The position numbers and the translations under genes are program-made. The notes beneath the pieces were generated by a model that had not been told where the DNA came from, made no database searches, and was given only the letters and a program-made list of their open reading frames with translations. A stretch of DNA of 64,000 bases from a virus (taxonomy: Duplodnaviria; Caudoviricetes), in the IMG/VR virus record IMGVR_UViG_2840949845_000002, positions 22,434 through 86,433 of that record; one strand, written 5' to 3'. Below are positions 35,164 to 44,318 of the stretch, one piece after another. Position 1 is the stretch's first letter. Each line of letters begins with the position of its first letter.

Positions 35164-35804
35164 CAGCCCCGCTGCCCCGCGATCTGATCTACGAGGCCAT
35201 GAATGCGATCCAGGTCGGCGACCGCTGTGTCCAGGCCAGCTTGTTCCTCTTGGAGGCGGCATCGTCTCGCCGTCAGCAAGGTCACGCGCTGCTGCACGCA
35301 CTCGCCCGTGAGATCGCCAAGGGCGCGACGGTCGAAGCTTTGGCGCTGGCCCTGGTCTACGAGCGTCAAATCTACGCCGCCCACAGCGACGACCTTGCCA
35401 AGATACAGGCGGACCTGGATAGCATTCGCGACCACCTCAAACCCGAAGTCGCGGCTTGGAGCGCCTTTGTCAAGGTCCGCAACTATCGCGCCCGGCTGGC
35501 TGATTGGAAGGGAAGGAAACCAAGGAAACCGAAAGTGGCGGGGAAAAGGACAGGCCGCGCAGTCTCTGGTCTGACGGTTTCCGAGGAAGCTCTTCTGGTG
35601 GAGATGCTGAAGGATGCGGATCGCGGCGATGTGACGTGGTTTTTCGACAAGTCAAGACCGGCGTTGAAGGGGCTTCTGCGCCGTGGCCTTGCCGCCATGT
35701 TCACCCCGGCCATCGGCATGTGCGAAGGCGTCCCCTATGCGCTGACCGCCAAGGGGCGCGGTGATGCTCTCGCCGTTCTTCATGAGATTGGAGAAGCGCC
35801 GTGA
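35160..35804 (+). CDS. Hypothetical protein
   Basis: 214 aa, ATGA overlap. Confidence 0.55.
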   Translation: MTAPLPRDLIYEAMNAIQVGDRCVQASLFLLEAASSRRQQGHALLHALAREIAKGATVEALALALVYERQIYAAHSDDLAKIQADLDSIRDHLKPEVAAWSAFVKVRNYRARLADWKGRKPRKPKVAGKRTGRAVSGLTVSEEALLVEMLKDADRGDVTWFFDKSRPALKGLLRRGLAAMFTPAIGMCEGVPYALTAKGRGDALAVLHEIGEAP

Positions 35805-36037
35805 CCATCACCCTGTCCATCGACCTGTACGACGATGGGGCGGTTCCTGTGTTGCTGGTGGCCGGGTTGCCCGGCTACGACGGACAGGTCGCCTTCCTGA
35901 TCGACGGCCTTTCCGTTCGGACGCTCCGCCCGACGCGCGGGCTGCCCGCGCGCCTGCCCGAGCGCCCGATGGGCCGGGGCTTGCCGTCGCTGGCCGACAT
36001 TCTGCGGCAAGCCGCCCAACCGGAGGGTCAGCGATGA
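35801..36037 (+). CDS. Hypothetical protein
   Basis: GTGA overlap, GGAG RBS. Confidence 0.5.
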   Translation: MTITLSIDLYDDGAVPVLLVAGLPGYDGQVAFLIDGLSVRTLRPTRGLPARLPERPMGRGLPSLADILRQAAQPEGQR

Positions 36038-36303
36038 GCGCCGCCAAGCTGGCGATTGCCGCAGGAGCCGCCCTGCGCCGCTTGCGCCGGGGCGACGCGG
36101 CGGTGGGAGCCTTCCGGGCCGAGCTGGTCGGCGTGCTGACGGGCGTCGTCACCAGCGCGAGCAACCGCCCGCAACCCCTGCGGCTCGACACGGATCCGTG
36201 CGAGATGATCGACTTGGCGGTGGAGCTGTGCCGCGACGCTGGCGTGTCTGGTCTCGACATGGCCGCGCGCTTCAACGACGCGGTCGAGCGGAGGCGGCGC
36301 TGA
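36034..36303 (+). CDS. Hypothetical protein
   Basis: ATGA overlap, GGAGG RBS. Confidence 0.5.
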   Translation: MSAAKLAIAAGAALRRLRRGDAAVGAFRAELVGVLTGVVTSASNRPQPLRLDTDPCEMIDLAVELCRDAGVSGLDMAARFNDAVERRRR

Positions 36304-36572
36304 TGGCCAAGCAACTCCACCTGTTCCGCAAGCCGCGCCGTCCAGCCAAGTCAAATCCGCGCACGCTGCATGTGAGCGACGCGGGAAGCGCCGGTGTCGC
36401 TGGCCGCTATGGCGTCGTGACGCTGTGTTGCGACCTGTGCGGCCACGAAACGGAGTGGCTGCCCGCCCGCAGCGTCACCGTCGAACTGAAAGGCCGCGTC
36501 TGCCCCAAATGCAAGGGCGACCCGGCCACCGTCAAACCATCCGGCGGAACCGCCGACAAGGAGCCGTCATGA
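36303..36572 (+). CDS. Zn-ribbon hypothetical protein
   Basis: CDLCGH...CPKC. Confidence 0.6.
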   Translation: MAKQLHLFRKPRRPAKSNPRTLHVSDAGSAGVAGRYGVVTLCCDLCGHETEWLPARSVTVELKGRVCPKCKGDPATVKPSGGTADKEPS

Positions 36573-37054
36573 CCGCCGCAAGAACCGTCAAAAAGCCCCA
36601 AGCCCCTGACGCCCTCAAGCCGCTTGTCGCCAAGGTCCAGACCCTGCGCCGGATGGTTCCGGCCCTGTCGGACGAAGACACGTGGCGCGCCTTCTTGGCG
36701 GTCAACGCCAACGGCGTCACGTCCACCCGCGCCATGTCCGAAGGTCAGTTGTGCACCGTGGTCGAGGCCCTGCACCAAGCAGGCGCGCCGCGCAAAGCGC
36801 CCGGCGCGAAGGCTCCCGCTCGTTACGCCGACACGGCGCAAATGGCGATGATCCGGGCGCTGTGGTTGGAACTGGCCGAGCTTGGCGCCGTCAAGGATCG
36901 GTCGGAGGCGGCGCTGTCCGCCTTCATCAAGCGGCAGACCCGCCAGGATGTCGGTCGGCTGTTTCCGTCCAGCGCCGCCGCTGTGATCGAAGCGCTGAAG
37001 AGCTGGCGCGCCCGCGTCACCACCGCCAGCCCGCCGGAGGTTCCCGCGTTATGA
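36569..37054 (+). CDS. gemA: GemA / Mu gp16 (DUF1018) family
   Basis: MIRALWLELAELGAVKDRSEAALSAFIKRQT...VIEALKSW. Confidence 0.8.
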   Translation: MTAARTVKKPQAPDALKPLVAKVQTLRRMVPALSDEDTWRAFLAVNANGVTSTRAMSEGQLCTVVEALHQAGAPRKAPGAKAPARYADTAQMAMIRALWLELAELGAVKDRSEAALSAFIKRQTRQDVGRLFPSSAAAVIEALKSWRARVTTASPPEVPAL

Positions 37055-37587
37055 CCAACGACGTCCCGCCTGGCCTGACGCCCCACATCCTGCCCGGCAT
37101 CCTGCGCGACATAGCCGAGATCGCGGGCTTGCAGGCCGCTGTCGATCTGTGTCTCGCCGCGCGCGGGCGTCGCTTCTACATCCCCGCACGCGCAACCTTG
37201 ACCAAGGCGCACCCGCTGGTGCGCGCGGTCGGTTGGCAGTCGGCAAGGCTGATCGCCCAAGCCTACGGCCATGAAAGTCTGTCGATCCCCAACGCCCGCC
37301 CGGTCCTGCGCGCCTATCGCGCGCGGGTTCTGCGGACGGCGGGCTACTCGACGGCGCAGATCGCCATGTTGCTCGACATGGATCGCGGCCACGTCCAGCG
37401 CCTTGCGCCCGCCGCCGAGTACCCGCCCGGCCCGGTCGAAAAGAGGGCGGTGCGGGCGATCCTGGACGAAGCGCCCCGCCGCTTCAGCCGCATGAAGCCG
37501 GGCGAAGCGCCGTCGGCCCCGCCGCCGGTTCCGCCCCCTGGCCCATCGCCTCTGTTCCTTTGGGCGGGCGTGAAGCTGCCCGGCTGA
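37051..37587 (+). CDS. Mor/C family late transcription activator
   Basis: LPGILRDIAEIAGLQAAVDL...GRRFYIP...C-terminal HTH; last gene before the lysis module. Confidence 0.75.
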   Translation: MTNDVPPGLTPHILPGILRDIAEIAGLQAAVDLCLAARGRRFYIPARATLTKAHPLVRAVGWQSARLIAQAYGHESLSIPNARPVLRAYRARVLRTAGYSTAQIAMLLDMDRGHVQRLAPAAEYPPGPVEKRAVRAILDEAPRRFSRMKPGEAPSAPPPVPPPGPSPLFLWAGVKLPG

Positions 37588-37607
37588 CGCCGCATCCACC
37601 ACCATTA
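37588..37607 (+). promoter_or_regulatory. Late promoter motif copy 1 (Plys-like)
   Basis: cgccgcatccaccaccatta, identical to 45790-45809. Confidence 0.7.
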
Positions 37608-37639
37608 CGAGCGAGGCGGCGGCGGGCGACACTCGCCCC

Positions 37640-38230
37640 ATGACAACCACGCCCCCGACGCTCTCCGACGCCTTCCCCGCCGCCATCGCCTTTGTGCTGG
37701 GGCATGAGGGTGGATTTTCCGACGATCCCGCCGACAGCGGCGGCCCGACGCGCTGGGGCGTGTCGTTGGCTTGGCTGCGCAAGGCCGGTCTGCTCGACCT
37801 TGACCATGACGGACGCCCCGACGGCGACGTGAACGGCGACGGCGCGGTTGACGCCGAAGACGTCCGCGTCCTGCCGCGCGACCACGCCATCCGGCTGTAC
37901 CGCCTGCATTGGTGGGACGCGCTGGGCTACGCCCGGATCACGGATCCGGCCATCGCCGCCAAAACCTTCGACCTTGCCGTGAACATGGGCGCCGCCGCCG
38001 CCCACCGCTGCCTTCAGCGCGCCTTGCGCGCGGCGTGGTTCCCGGTCGCGGACGATGGCCAGCTTGGACCGAAATCCCTTGCGGCCATCAACGCCGCCGA
38101 TCCCCGCAGCCTGATGCCCGCCTTCAAATCCGAAGCGGCGGGCCATTACCGCGCCCTCATCGCCGCCCGCCCGGTTCTCGCCAAGTTCGAGAACGGCTGG
38201 CTCAACCGCGCCTACGCGCAACCCCTGTGA
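37640..38230 (+). CDS. Endolysin, glycoside hydrolase family 108 with peptidoglycan-binding domain
   Basis: HEGGFSDDPADSGGPTRWGV...FDLAVNMG...DGQLGPKSL...GWLNRA. Confidence 0.9.
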   Translation: MTTTPPTLSDAFPAAIAFVLGHEGGFSDDPADSGGPTRWGVSLAWLRKAGLLDLDHDGRPDGDVNGDGAVDAEDVRVLPRDHAIRLYRLHWWDALGYARITDPAIAAKTFDLAVNMGAAAAHRCLQRALRAAWFPVADDGQLGPKSLAAINAADPRSLMPAFKSEAAGHYRALIAARPVLAKFENGWLNRAYAQPL

Positions 38231-38865
38231 CCGGAGACGCACCATTGCCCCCCTTGTCCATCACCATCCTCGCGTCGGTCGCCCTGGCTGTCGGTCTGCT
38301 GACCGCCGGGATCCTGTCGCCGCGCCACGCTGGCCGCCGTTTGTTCGCCGCCCTGCTCGTCGCGCTGGCGCCGCTTCCGGCTCTGGCCGACGCGGCGGGC
38401 GTCAACACGGCGGTCGATTTGTCCGCCCTTGCCAGCGGCGTCATCGCCGCTCTCGGCGCCGCCGCGCTGTGGGTCGGTCGCGCCGTCACCAGCGCGTTGA
38501 TCGGCTATCTGGCGCAAAAGACCAAGCTGGAGCTGGACGACCACACCCGCGCCTATCTGGACCAAGCGCTGGAGCGCGCTGTCCAGTACGCGCAAAGCAG
38601 CGCGGAGCGTCTGGTCGGTCGCGCCGCGTCGGAGATCGACGTTCACAACGCCGTCGTGGCCCACGCGGTCAATTACGCGGTGGACCGCGTGCCGGGCGCC
38701 CTGGCCCATTTCGGCCTCACACCTGAAGCGCTGACCGGCATGGTTGAGGCGCGCATCCAGGCGAGCGCACCGACGCTGTTCGGGTCCGTCAGCCTTCGGA
38801 ATGGATCGGTGGCGTTCCAGGACGGCCCGGCCCCCTTATCCGCCGGGGCGCAGGCGGGTGGCTGA
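38227..38865 (+). CDS. Membrane protein, holin-like
   Basis: About three hydrophobic segments followed by LDQALERAVQYA...YAVDRVPGAL; follows the endolysin. Confidence 0.55.
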   Translation: MTGDAPLPPLSITILASVALAVGLLTAGILSPRHAGRRLFAALLVALAPLPALADAAGVNTAVDLSALASGVIAALGAAALWVGRAVTSALIGYLAQKTKLELDDHTRAYLDQALERAVQYAQSSAERLVGRAASEIDVHNAVVAHAVNYAVDRVPGALAHFGLTPEALTGMVEARIQASAPTLFGSVSLRNGSVAFQDGPAPLSAGAQAGG

Positions 38866-39067
38866 CGACGCCGACCGCGCCGGAGAGGCCGACCAATCCG
38901 AGGTCAGCCTCTCCGGCGCAGTCGCCCACATCCGCGACGTGCTGTCCGGGGCGGGCGCTGACTGTTGCGTCGATTGCGACGCGCCCATCCCACCCGCCCG
39001 CCGGGCCGCCTACCGGGCCGCCACCCGTTGCGTGGATTGTCAGGCCGAACATGAAGGACGCCGGTGA
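38858..39067 (+). CDS. TraR/DksA C4 zinc-finger protein
   Basis: CVDCDAPIPPARR...RCVDCQ. Confidence 0.85.
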   Translation: MADDADRAGEADQSEVSLSGAVAHIRDVLSGAGADCCVDCDAPIPPARRAAYRAATRCVDCQAEHEGRR

Positions 39068-39489
39068 TGCCCGATTGGTTGAAGGAATGGTGGCCATTTG
39101 TGGCGCTGGCGGTCGCGGTGGGATCCCCGTTGGTTCACGCCTGGGTGGGCTGGTCGGTGCGGGCGCGCTTCGCCAGCAAGGATGATCTGGCCGGTGAAGG
39201 CAAGGCGCGCGGGGAAGCGCTCGACATGGAGCGGAAGGCGCGGCACGAGCGCGAGGACGCGATGCGCGAAGCGGTCAACGCTTTGCTTGGTCGGGTTGAT
39301 CGGCTTGAAAGCGCCATCGAGCATCTGCCGACGGCGGAAGCCGTCGCGACGCTCACCCTGCAATTGACCCGCGTCGAGGGGAAGCTCGCCGTGTTCGAGG
39401 AACGGGCCAACGGCGTCGTGGCTTTGTTTGAGCGCACGGATCGGCAGGTCCAGGTGATGGATGAATTCCTGCGGAAGGTGAAAGCATGA
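39064..39489 (+). CDS. DUF2730 family (Mu gp25-like)
   Basis: N-terminal TM helix, FASKDDL, LESAIEHLPT. Confidence 0.7.
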   Translation: MMPDWLKEWWPFVALAVAVGSPLVHAWVGWSVRARFASKDDLAGEGKARGEALDMERKARHEREDAMREAVNALLGRVDRLESAIEHLPTAEAVATLTLQLTRVEGKLAVFEERANGVVALFERTDRQVQVMDEFLRKVKA

Positions 39490-39794
39490 GCAACACCAAT
39501 TTTCTGGCCCATTTGGCCGAAGACCGGCGTCTTGTCATCCTGCGGCTGTTGACCGAAGCGGGCGGGACGGCGAACGACAGCGTTCTTGAAGCCGGGCTGC
39601 AACAGCTCGGTCATCGGCGCGGCTTGACCCGCGACGTGGTGCGCGCCGACATCGACTGGTTGAAGGCGCGCCGTCTGGTGGCGGTGGAGATGGTCAAGGA
39701 CACCGTCATGGTGGCCAGCATCACGGAACGCGGTCTGAACGTCGCCGAGGGTCATGAGACCGTTGACGGCGTCAAACGCCCGTCGCTCGTCTGA
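39486..39794 (+). CDS. Mu gp26-like winged-helix protein
   Basis: EDRRLVILRLL...ANDSVL...ITERGLNVAEG...GVKRP. Confidence 0.8.
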   Translation: MSNTNFLAHLAEDRRLVILRLLTEAGGTANDSVLEAGLQQLGHRRGLTRDVVRADIDWLKARRLVAVEMVKDTVMVASITERGLNVAEGHETVDGVKRPSLV

Positions 39795-39799
39795 TCGCC

Positions 39800-40357
39800 A
39801 TGGCACGCCTTTCCGCCGCCGACAAATGGCCGACCGACATCCGCGCGCTGGTGGGCAAGCTGCGCGGGCAAGGGGCGACCATCGACCAAATCCGCGCCAA
39901 GCTGCAAGAGCTTGACGTCTCCGTTCCGCGCTCGACGCTGGGGCGCGAGATTAAGGAGTTGGATGAGGTCATCGCCGACATCCGACGGGCGCGCGAGATC
40001 GCCGAGGCCATCGGCACCCGGATCGACGAAGGGTCGGCGTCAAGCACCGCGCGCGCCAACGTCGAAATCCTGCAAGCCTTGACCCAACGGCTGCTGTTTG
40101 CGGCGCGCGGTGAAGGCGGCGAGATCGCCATTGAGGCGAAGGACGCCAAAGCCTATTCGGAAGTGCTGCGCAATCTGGCCTCCGCGTCCAAGGTCGATTT
40201 GGACCGGGAAATCAAATGGCGCGATGAGCTGCGCGCCAAGGTCGACGCCGCGCTGAAGGCCGCAGAGGCGGACGCGTCCAAAGGCGGCGGAAAGCCCGTC
40301 GATCTGAAGGAGGCGCTGGTGCGCGTTCGGCAGGAAGTCTACGGGATTTTCTCATGA
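39800..40357 (+). CDS. DUF3486 / Mu gp27-like (terminase small subunit)
   Basis: Directly upstream of terL; VPRSTLGR motif; ends IYGI-like (VYGIF). Confidence 0.7.
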   Translation: MARLSAADKWPTDIRALVGKLRGQGATIDQIRAKLQELDVSVPRSTLGREIKELDEVIADIRRAREIAEAIGTRIDEGSASSTARANVEILQALTQRLLFAARGEGGEIAIEAKDAKAYSEVLRNLASASKVDLDREIKWRDELRAKVDAALKAAEADASKGGGKPVDLKEALVRVRQEVYGIFS

Positions 40358-41730
40358 GCGCCGCCGTCCCTCTCTACACCTATCAGAAGCGCTGGCTTCA
40401 GGATAAGGCGCGCTTCAAGGTCGGCATGTTCGCGCGCCAATGCGGCAAGACCTTCACAACGACGCTGGAGGTGGTGGACGACTGCTTTGCCGCTGCGGCG
40501 GAGGGGCGGCGCGAGCGTTGGGTCATCCTGTCGCGCGGCGAGCGGCAGGCCAAAGAGGCGATGGACGAAGGAATCAAGCGCCACGCCCAAGCCTACCAGA
40601 TGAGCTTGGACGCGATGGAGTATGATTGGGTGGGGGGCAGCGCCAGTTACAAGGCGTTGGAGGTGACTTTGGAGGGCGGCAGCCGCATCACCGCCTTGCC
40701 CGCCAACCCCGACACCGCGCGCGGCTTTTCGGCCAATGTGTTTCTGGATGAGTTCGCCTTCCACGCCGACAGCCGCGCGATCTGGAAGGCGCTGTTTCCG
40801 GTCATTTCCAACGGCTGGAAACTGCGCGTCGTCTCGACGCCGAACGGCAAGGGCAACAAATTCTATGATCTTGTCACAGGGGCCGACGACGGCTGGTCGC
40901 GCCACCATGTCGATATTTATCAGGCGGTCGCTGACGGTCTGCCGCGCGACATTGACGAGCTGCGCGAGGCCATTGGGGATCCCGACGCCTGGGCGCAGGA
41001 GTTCGAGTTGCAATGGCTGGACGAAGCGTCCAGTTGGCTGAGCTATGAGGAGATCGCCGCCGTCGAGGATCCCGACGCGGGGCGTCCGGAGCTGTATCGC
41101 GGCGGTCCCGTCTATGTTGGCAACGACATCGCGCGCCGCAACGATCTGTTCGTTGTGTGGGCGTGGGAGCTGGTTGGCGACGTCTTGTGGACTCGGGAAA
41201 TCATCGAGCGCCGCCGCATCACCTTTTCCGAACAGGACGCCATCATTGACGACGTGATGCGCCGCTATCGCCCCGTCCGCTTGGCGATGGACCAGACCGG
41301 CATGGGCGAAAAGCCGGTCGAAGACACCCAGCGCCGGTGGGGAACGCATGCGGTGGAGGGCGTGCTGCTCACCGGGTCGCGCCGCCTCGACATCGCCACC
41401 TCGGCCAAACAGGCGTTCGAGGATCGCAAGGTCCGCATCCCCGCCGGTCGCCCGGAGCTGCGCGCCGATCTGCACAAGCTCAAGAAGACGGTCGGGGCCA
41501 CCGGCGCGCCGCGCTTGGTGGCGGATCGCGACGGCGACGGTCACGCTGACCGGACGTGGGCCGCCTTTCTTGGGATCGCCGCCAGGGACACCGCGCCGAT
41601 GGAATACGACTATCAACCAGCCTACGGCGCGCCCACGCCCGCTGACCGCTTTCGCCGCCCGCGTCATGACGACGATGACGGGTCGCCGTTCCATCACCAG
41701 CGCTGCCGTTTTGGCCGGGGAAGCTATTGA
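40354..41730 (+). CDS. Terminase large subunit (Mu gp28-like)
   Basis: ARQCGKT, FLDEFAFH, VSTPNGKGNKFY, GNDIAR, DQTGMG, HADRTWA. Confidence 0.9.
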   Translation: MSAAVPLYTYQKRWLQDKARFKVGMFARQCGKTFTTTLEVVDDCFAAAAEGRRERWVILSRGERQAKEAMDEGIKRHAQAYQMSLDAMEYDWVGGSASYKALEVTLEGGSRITALPANPDTARGFSANVFLDEFAFHADSRAIWKALFPVISNGWKLRVVSTPNGKGNKFYDLVTGADDGWSRHHVDIYQAVADGLPRDIDELREAIGDPDAWAQEFELQWLDEASSWLSYEEIAAVEDPDAGRPELYRGGPVYVGNDIARRNDLFVVWAWELVGDVLWTREIIERRRITFSEQDAIIDDVMRRYRPVRLAMDQTGMGEKPVEDTQRRWGTHAVEGVLLTGSRRLDIATSAKQAFEDRKVRIPAGRPELRADLHKLKKTVGATGAPRLVADRDGDGHADRTWAAFLGIAARDTAPMEYDYQPAYGAPTPADRFRRPRHDDDDGSPFHHQRCRFGRGSY

Positions 41731-43295
41731 TGCCGCCGAAATCCTTCCTGGACGTCAACGGCCAGCCCATGCGGCGGGCGGCGCTTGCGACGCCCCAGGC
41801 CACGCCAACCGTCGTCGGCCTGCGGTCGATCCTGTCAGACCATCCGGCGGGCGGCTTGACGCCGGATCGGCTGGCGCGGCTGTTGCGGGCGTCCGAGCAT
41901 GGCGACGCCACCGCCTATCTGGAATTGGCCGAGGATATGGAGGAGCGGGACTTGCATTATCGGGGCGTCCTGTCCACCCGCAAGCTGTCGGTGGCGCAGC
42001 TTGAGGTGACGGTCGAGGCCGCGTCGGACGCCGCCGACGATCAAAAAGCCGCCGCTCTGGTGCGCGACGCCATCGCCGCCTTCGACATCGAGGAGATGCT
42101 GTTCGACCTTCTGGACGGTCTGGGCAAAGGGTACAGCGTCGTCGAGATGATTTGGGACACCACCGCCGCCGATGGCTGGCGAGTGGTCGGCTTTGAGTAT
42201 CGCGACCCACGTTGGTTCCAATATGACCGCGTTGATGGGCGCACCCTGCGTCTGGTGGACGGCAGCGCCAACGGCGAGGATCTCCAACCCAACCGCTTCA
42301 TCATCCACAGACCCAAAACGAAGAGCGGCGTGCCGATCCGGGGTGGCCTAGCGCGGGTTTCCGCCTGGGCCTATCTGTTCAAGACCTTCACCATCAAGGA
42401 TTGGGTGGTGTTCGCCGAGGTCTATGGCCACCCCTTGCGGCTGGGGAAATATGGCCTCGGGGCCAGCGAGCGCGACAAGGACGTGCTGCTCGCCGCCGTC
42501 CGCGATCTGGGCAGCGACGCCGCCGCCATCATCCCGGAAAGCATGCAGATCGAATTTCAGCAGGCGTCCACCGGCAGCGTGGAATTGTGGGAGAAGCTCG
42601 CCGACTGGTTGGATCGGCAAGTGTCCAAGGCCGTCCTGGGGCAAACCACCACCACCGACGCGATCTCGGGCGGCCACGCCGTCGGCAAAGAGCATCGCCA
42701 GGTGCAAGGGGACATCGAACGGGCCGATGGCCGCCAGCTTGCCGCCACCTTGAACCGTGATTTCGTTCCGGTGCTGGTGTCGGTCAATCTTGGGCCGCGC
42801 GACCGTTATCCCAAGATCCGCATTGGCCGCCCGGACGAAGAGGACATCGGCGCGCTGGTCGAGCGCGTGGTCAAGCTGGTGCCGTTGGGCCTGAAGGTCG
42901 GCATGTCCACCATCCGAGACCGGATCGGCATTCCCGACCCGGCCCCGGATGAGGAATTGCTGACGCCCCCGTCGGCTCCACCCCCGCCGCAGAGCGTCCC
43001 AACGCCCGCCACGCAATCGGTCCAGGCGGACGCGGTTCCGTCCTTCGATCTTGACGCGGCCATCGCCGAACAGCTCGCCGCTGAAGGCTGGAACATGGCC
43101 GCCATCGTCGATCCGATCCGCGCCCTGTTGAGCGAGGCGAAAAGCCTGGAGGACGTCCAGGCGCGCCTGACGGCTCCCGAGATGGTGGCCCGCCTGTTGG
43201 GGGCGATGGACAGTTCCGGGATTGAGGAGGCACTGAGCCGGGCTGGCATCGGCGCTTGGTTGGCCGGGCGCGCGGAGGGTGGCGATGCGCCGTGA
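41727..43295 (+). CDS. Portal protein (DUF935, Mu gp29)
   Basis: MEERDLH...KGYSVVE...FAEVYGHPLRLGKY...SKAVLGQT. Confidence 0.9.
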   Translation: MMPPKSFLDVNGQPMRRAALATPQATPTVVGLRSILSDHPAGGLTPDRLARLLRASEHGDATAYLELAEDMEERDLHYRGVLSTRKLSVAQLEVTVEAASDAADDQKAAALVRDAIAAFDIEEMLFDLLDGLGKGYSVVEMIWDTTAADGWRVVGFEYRDPRWFQYDRVDGRTLRLVDGSANGEDLQPNRFIIHRPKTKSGVPIRGGLARVSAWAYLFKTFTIKDWVVFAEVYGHPLRLGKYGLGASERDKDVLLAAVRDLGSDAAAIIPESMQIEFQQASTGSVELWEKLADWLDRQVSKAVLGQTTTTDAISGGHAVGKEHRQVQGDIERADGRQLAATLNRDFVPVLVSVNLGPRDRYPKIRIGRPDEEDIGALVERVVKLVPLGLKVGMSTIRDRIGIPDPAPDEELLTPPSAPPPPQSVPTPATQSVQADAVPSFDLDAAIAEQLAAEGWNMAAIVDPIRALLSEAKSLEDVQARLTAPEMVARLLGAMDSSGIEEALSRAGIGAWLAGRAEGGDAP

Positions 43296-43307
43296 TGTTT
43301 GTGAATT

Positions 43308-43406
43308 CCCCGCCGATGGGCTGGCGGGGGCCAGGGTGTTGAAGCACCCCAGCCGCGAGGTGGAGCCTCGCACGACCGAAATCGTCCCGCCTCACCAGCG
43401 CTGGTG
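43308..43406 (+). other. Structured leader upstream of com (four-way junction candidate)
   Basis: ggcggg 43323-28 pairs with cccgcc 43386-91 and encloses three hairpins; palindrome caccagcgctggtg 43393-43406. Confidence 0.5.
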
Positions 43407-43432
43407 GACGGACACCATAGGCAGTCACACGT

Positions 43433-43627
43433 ATGGAGGAAATCCGTTGCGGCTCCTGCGCCAAACTTTTGGCGCGGGGAACCGCAGAAATGCTCGAAAT
43501 CAAGTGCTCGCGTTGCGGCACGATCAACCATGTGAGGGTCAAGAACCCCCCATCAGAGCGCCCAAGAGCGTCCGACTCGGCACAGGACACTCATGGGCAG
43601 GATCGACGGGGAGCATCCCCGCCTTAG
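43433..43627 (+). CDS. com: Com family zinc-finger translational activator
   Basis: EIRCGSCAKLLA...LEIKCSRCGTIN; overlaps the mom start. Confidence 0.9.
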   Translation: MEEIRCGSCAKLLARGTAEMLEIKCSRCGTINHVRVKNPPSERPRASDSAQDTHGQDRRGASPP

Positions 43628-44318
43628 CGCGGTTGGCGCGCGTGGTTACAGTCATGACGAGGCGGGTCGCGTCGTCGGTTTTGGCGATGCCGAATTCCGC
43701 ATCGCTGAAATTCCACGGGCAGTGGCGGCGGAGATCATCATCCGCCACCACTATTCCGGGCGCATCGTCCAGAACAGCTACATTCACCTTGGCGTGTTTC
43801 TGCGCGGCGAGCTGGTTGGCGCGCTGCAATTTGGCTACGCCATGAACCCGGCGTCGGGCAAGAGCGTGGTGGCCGGAACCGGAAACCGCGACTATCTGGA
43901 ACTCAACCGGATGTGGTTGAGCGACGTCGTCCCCCGCAACGGGGAGAGCATGGCGATCAGCTACGCGACCAAATACATCAAAGCCCGCTTTCCTGCCGTG
44001 CAATGGATCCAGTCTTTTGCCGATGAGCGGTGCGGGTGTTGGGGCGTGGTTTATCAAGCCTGCAACTTTGTCTATTGCGGCTTCCACTTCACCGACTTCT
44101 ATCAATTGGACGGTGAATGGTTTCACGAGATGCTTTTGACAGCCCACAAAAAGATGGGGACGCGAGGCGCGCGGCTGCGGGAAAATCTGCACCGCGCGAC
44201 CAAGCATCGGTTTCGGCAATTCCGTTACGTGCTGTTTCTGAAACAATCCGCGCGGAAGCGGCTGCTGCGGAAAACCGCCGCTTACCCAAAGCCGGGTTTG
44301 GGGGCTCCTCATGGCTAA
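43593..44318 (+). CDS. mom: Mom family adenine-modifying enzyme
   Basis: HHYSG...HLGVF...GALQFGYAMNP...LELNRMWL...PRNGES..IS...WIQSFADERCG..GVVYQACNF. Confidence 0.9.
   Translation: MGRIDGEHPRLSAVGARGYSHDEAGRVVGFGDAEFRIAEIPRAVAAEIIIRHHYSGRIVQNSYIHLGVFLRGELVGALQFGYAMNPASGKSVVAGTGNRDYLELNRMWLSDVVPRNGESMAISYATKYIKARFPAVQWIQSFADERCGCWGVVYQACNFVYCGFHFTDFYQLDGEWFHEMLLTAHKKMGTRGARLRENLHRATKHRFRQFRYVLFLKQSARKRLLRKTAAYPKPGLGAPHG

Noticed and set aside
37795-37865. DxDxDG repeats in the endolysin as a novel domain
   Set aside because: Such Ca-binding-like loops are a familiar insertion in GH108 endolysins
43323-43391. Cloverleaf-like fold as a tRNA
   Set aside because: No T-loop GTTCRA, D-loop consensus or CCA end; kept only as a leader structure
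43296-43432. Dam/OxyR-type Pmom control as in Mu
   Set aside because: No GATC sites in this interval
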